A stretch of DNA of 64,000 nucleotides from a virus: the IMG/VR virus record IMGVR_UViG_3300018080_000004; one strand, written 5' to 3'. Position 1 is the stretch's first letter. Each line of letters starts with the position of its first letter. This document shows positions 63,169-64,000 of this stretch, one piece after another. The notes under the pieces were generated by a model that ran no database searches, was not told where the DNA came from, and worked only from the letters and a program-made list of their open reading frames with translations. The translations under genes and the position numbers were made by a program.

Positions 63169-64000
63169 TCCTGGTCCCCGCACCCCTACGACCCCGTGTC
63201 GGGGGTGGCCGTCGAGGTCCAGGGGAAGCACCTCCTTCCCGGCGACGAGATCACCGTGCAGCTCAAGGGCGGGCGCAAGGCCACGGGCATCGTGGACTAC
63301 GCCAGCACGAACAAGACCCTCTATCTCTCGAAGGGCAAGCTGCGCCGGTCGTGGAAGGAGGACGTGTGGCTCCAGGTCCGCGCCCAGGACATCTCGTCCA
63401 TCGAGATCGTCCGCCTGAGCGAGGGCGAGGATCGGGCGTACGCGCTTACGCTCAAGAGCGAGTCGCCCACGATCATGGACTGGATCGCAGGCGCCCAGTC
63501 CGCTACCGCCGGGCCGCAACACGCCCACGAGATGAACAGCCGCGCCGTCATCTTCCCCTTCGCCCCTGGCCTGGAGGACAAGCTCTTCCAGCTCTTCGAG
63601 GAGCCGGTCGGCCTGGGGTGTTCCTACCTCTATCGCTTCGAGCCGGACGGGATCATCATCGCCGACGTGACCGACGAGGCCATCACGCTCTGGAAGACCA
63701 CGGACCCGGAACGCTACCTCGGCTTCGACCCGCGCCGGAGTGTCCTCGATCACCTGAATCGGCTGACTGTCGGTAGCGACAGTCGTCCCCTCTGGGAGTA
63801 CAGCTATTCCACGCCCGCCAGTGTGCGCCAGCGCCGGGGCGGCACCACGAGAACGGGAGGCAGGCCGGGGAGTGCGCGTCGAGTGGTCGGCGGGTTCCGC
63901 TTCCAGGTCGGGGGCAAGGCCGCGAGGGACCGGCAGCCCAAGCAGAAGGAGAAGCAGGTCGCCGCGAGGCGCGTGGGGCGCCGGGGGCTCGCCCGTCGGA
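63067..64000 (+). CDS. Hypothetical protein with N-terminal Zn ribbon, running off the window end
   Basis: SD GAGAGG; MNRCRACG...CAQCG; frame open to 64000 (absent from the ORF track because it is truncated). Confidence 0.65.
   Translation, partial: MNRCRACGLPTRSPSLACAQCGTLHEGAPPLGPGSWSPHPYDPVSGVAVEVQGKHLLPGDEITVQLKGGRKATGIVDYASTNKTLYLSKGKLRRSWKEDVWLQVRAQDISSIEIVRLSEGEDRAYALTLKSESPTIMDWIAGAQSATAGPQHAHEMNSRAVIFPFAPGLEDKLFQLFEEPVGLGCSYLYRFEPDGIIIADVTDEAITLWKTTDPERYLGFDPRRSVLDHLNRLTVGSDSRPLWEYSYSTPASVRQRRGGTTRTGGRPGSARRVVGGFRFQVGGKAARDRQPKQKEKQVAARRVGRRGLARR

Noticed and set aside
62232-63776. 514-aa + strand ORF
   Set aside because: Pro/Arg-rich translation of a C-rich non-coding tract; the credible gene is the 63067 frame
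1-64000. Integrase/att site, reverse transcriptase (DGR/retron), IS elements, rRNA
   Set aside because: No recognisable motifs for any of these in the window

Overview
This window is about 64 kb of a GC-rich, large dsDNA tailed bacteriophage genome (possibly a phage-plasmid). Every credible gene is on the + strand; the long minus-strand ORFs look like antisense shadows. Layout: (1) 1-20 kb replication/repair module: LAGLIDADG endonuclease, family-4 UDG, Hel308/Ski2-like helicase, PTP-type phosphatase, HTH replication initiator with internal iterons, DnaC-like loader, DnaB, RNase HI, primase, SSB, family A polymerase, SF2 helicase, RecA-like recombinase, Hjc-like and Cas4-like nucleases. (2) 22-30 kb packaging/head module: putative TerS, TerL, T4 gp20-like portal with a LAGLIDADG intein, HU, gpF-like head protein, RuvC. 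(3) 30-36 kb: Tudor-HhH protein, ParB, N-terminally shortened pyruvate phosphate dikinase, YkgJ-type protein. (4) 36-62 kb accessory region of small genes behind near-identical sigma70-type promoter cassettes, including tRNA-Leu(UAG), a DNA methyltransferase, a metallophosphoesterase, HD and HNH proteins. (5) A repeat-rich non-coding region at 62.2-63.1 kb. Most unusual observations: a full tRNA scaffold whose anticodon loop is replaced by two twin hairpins, directly upstream of the polymerase; several accessory proteins resembling fragments of virion proteins (capsid, portal, sheath, catalytically dead prohead protease), possibly decoys; a short promoter-terminator unit with 18 nt of perfect complementarity to the phage's own tRNA-Leu; two families of dispersed palindromes (CGTANGCGCNTACG x7, ACTGTCGGTA(G/T)CGACAGT x5); and Lys-rich histone-like tails on many proteins alongside a Tudor-fold protein. 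All family assignments are by-eye motif recognition, not database searches.
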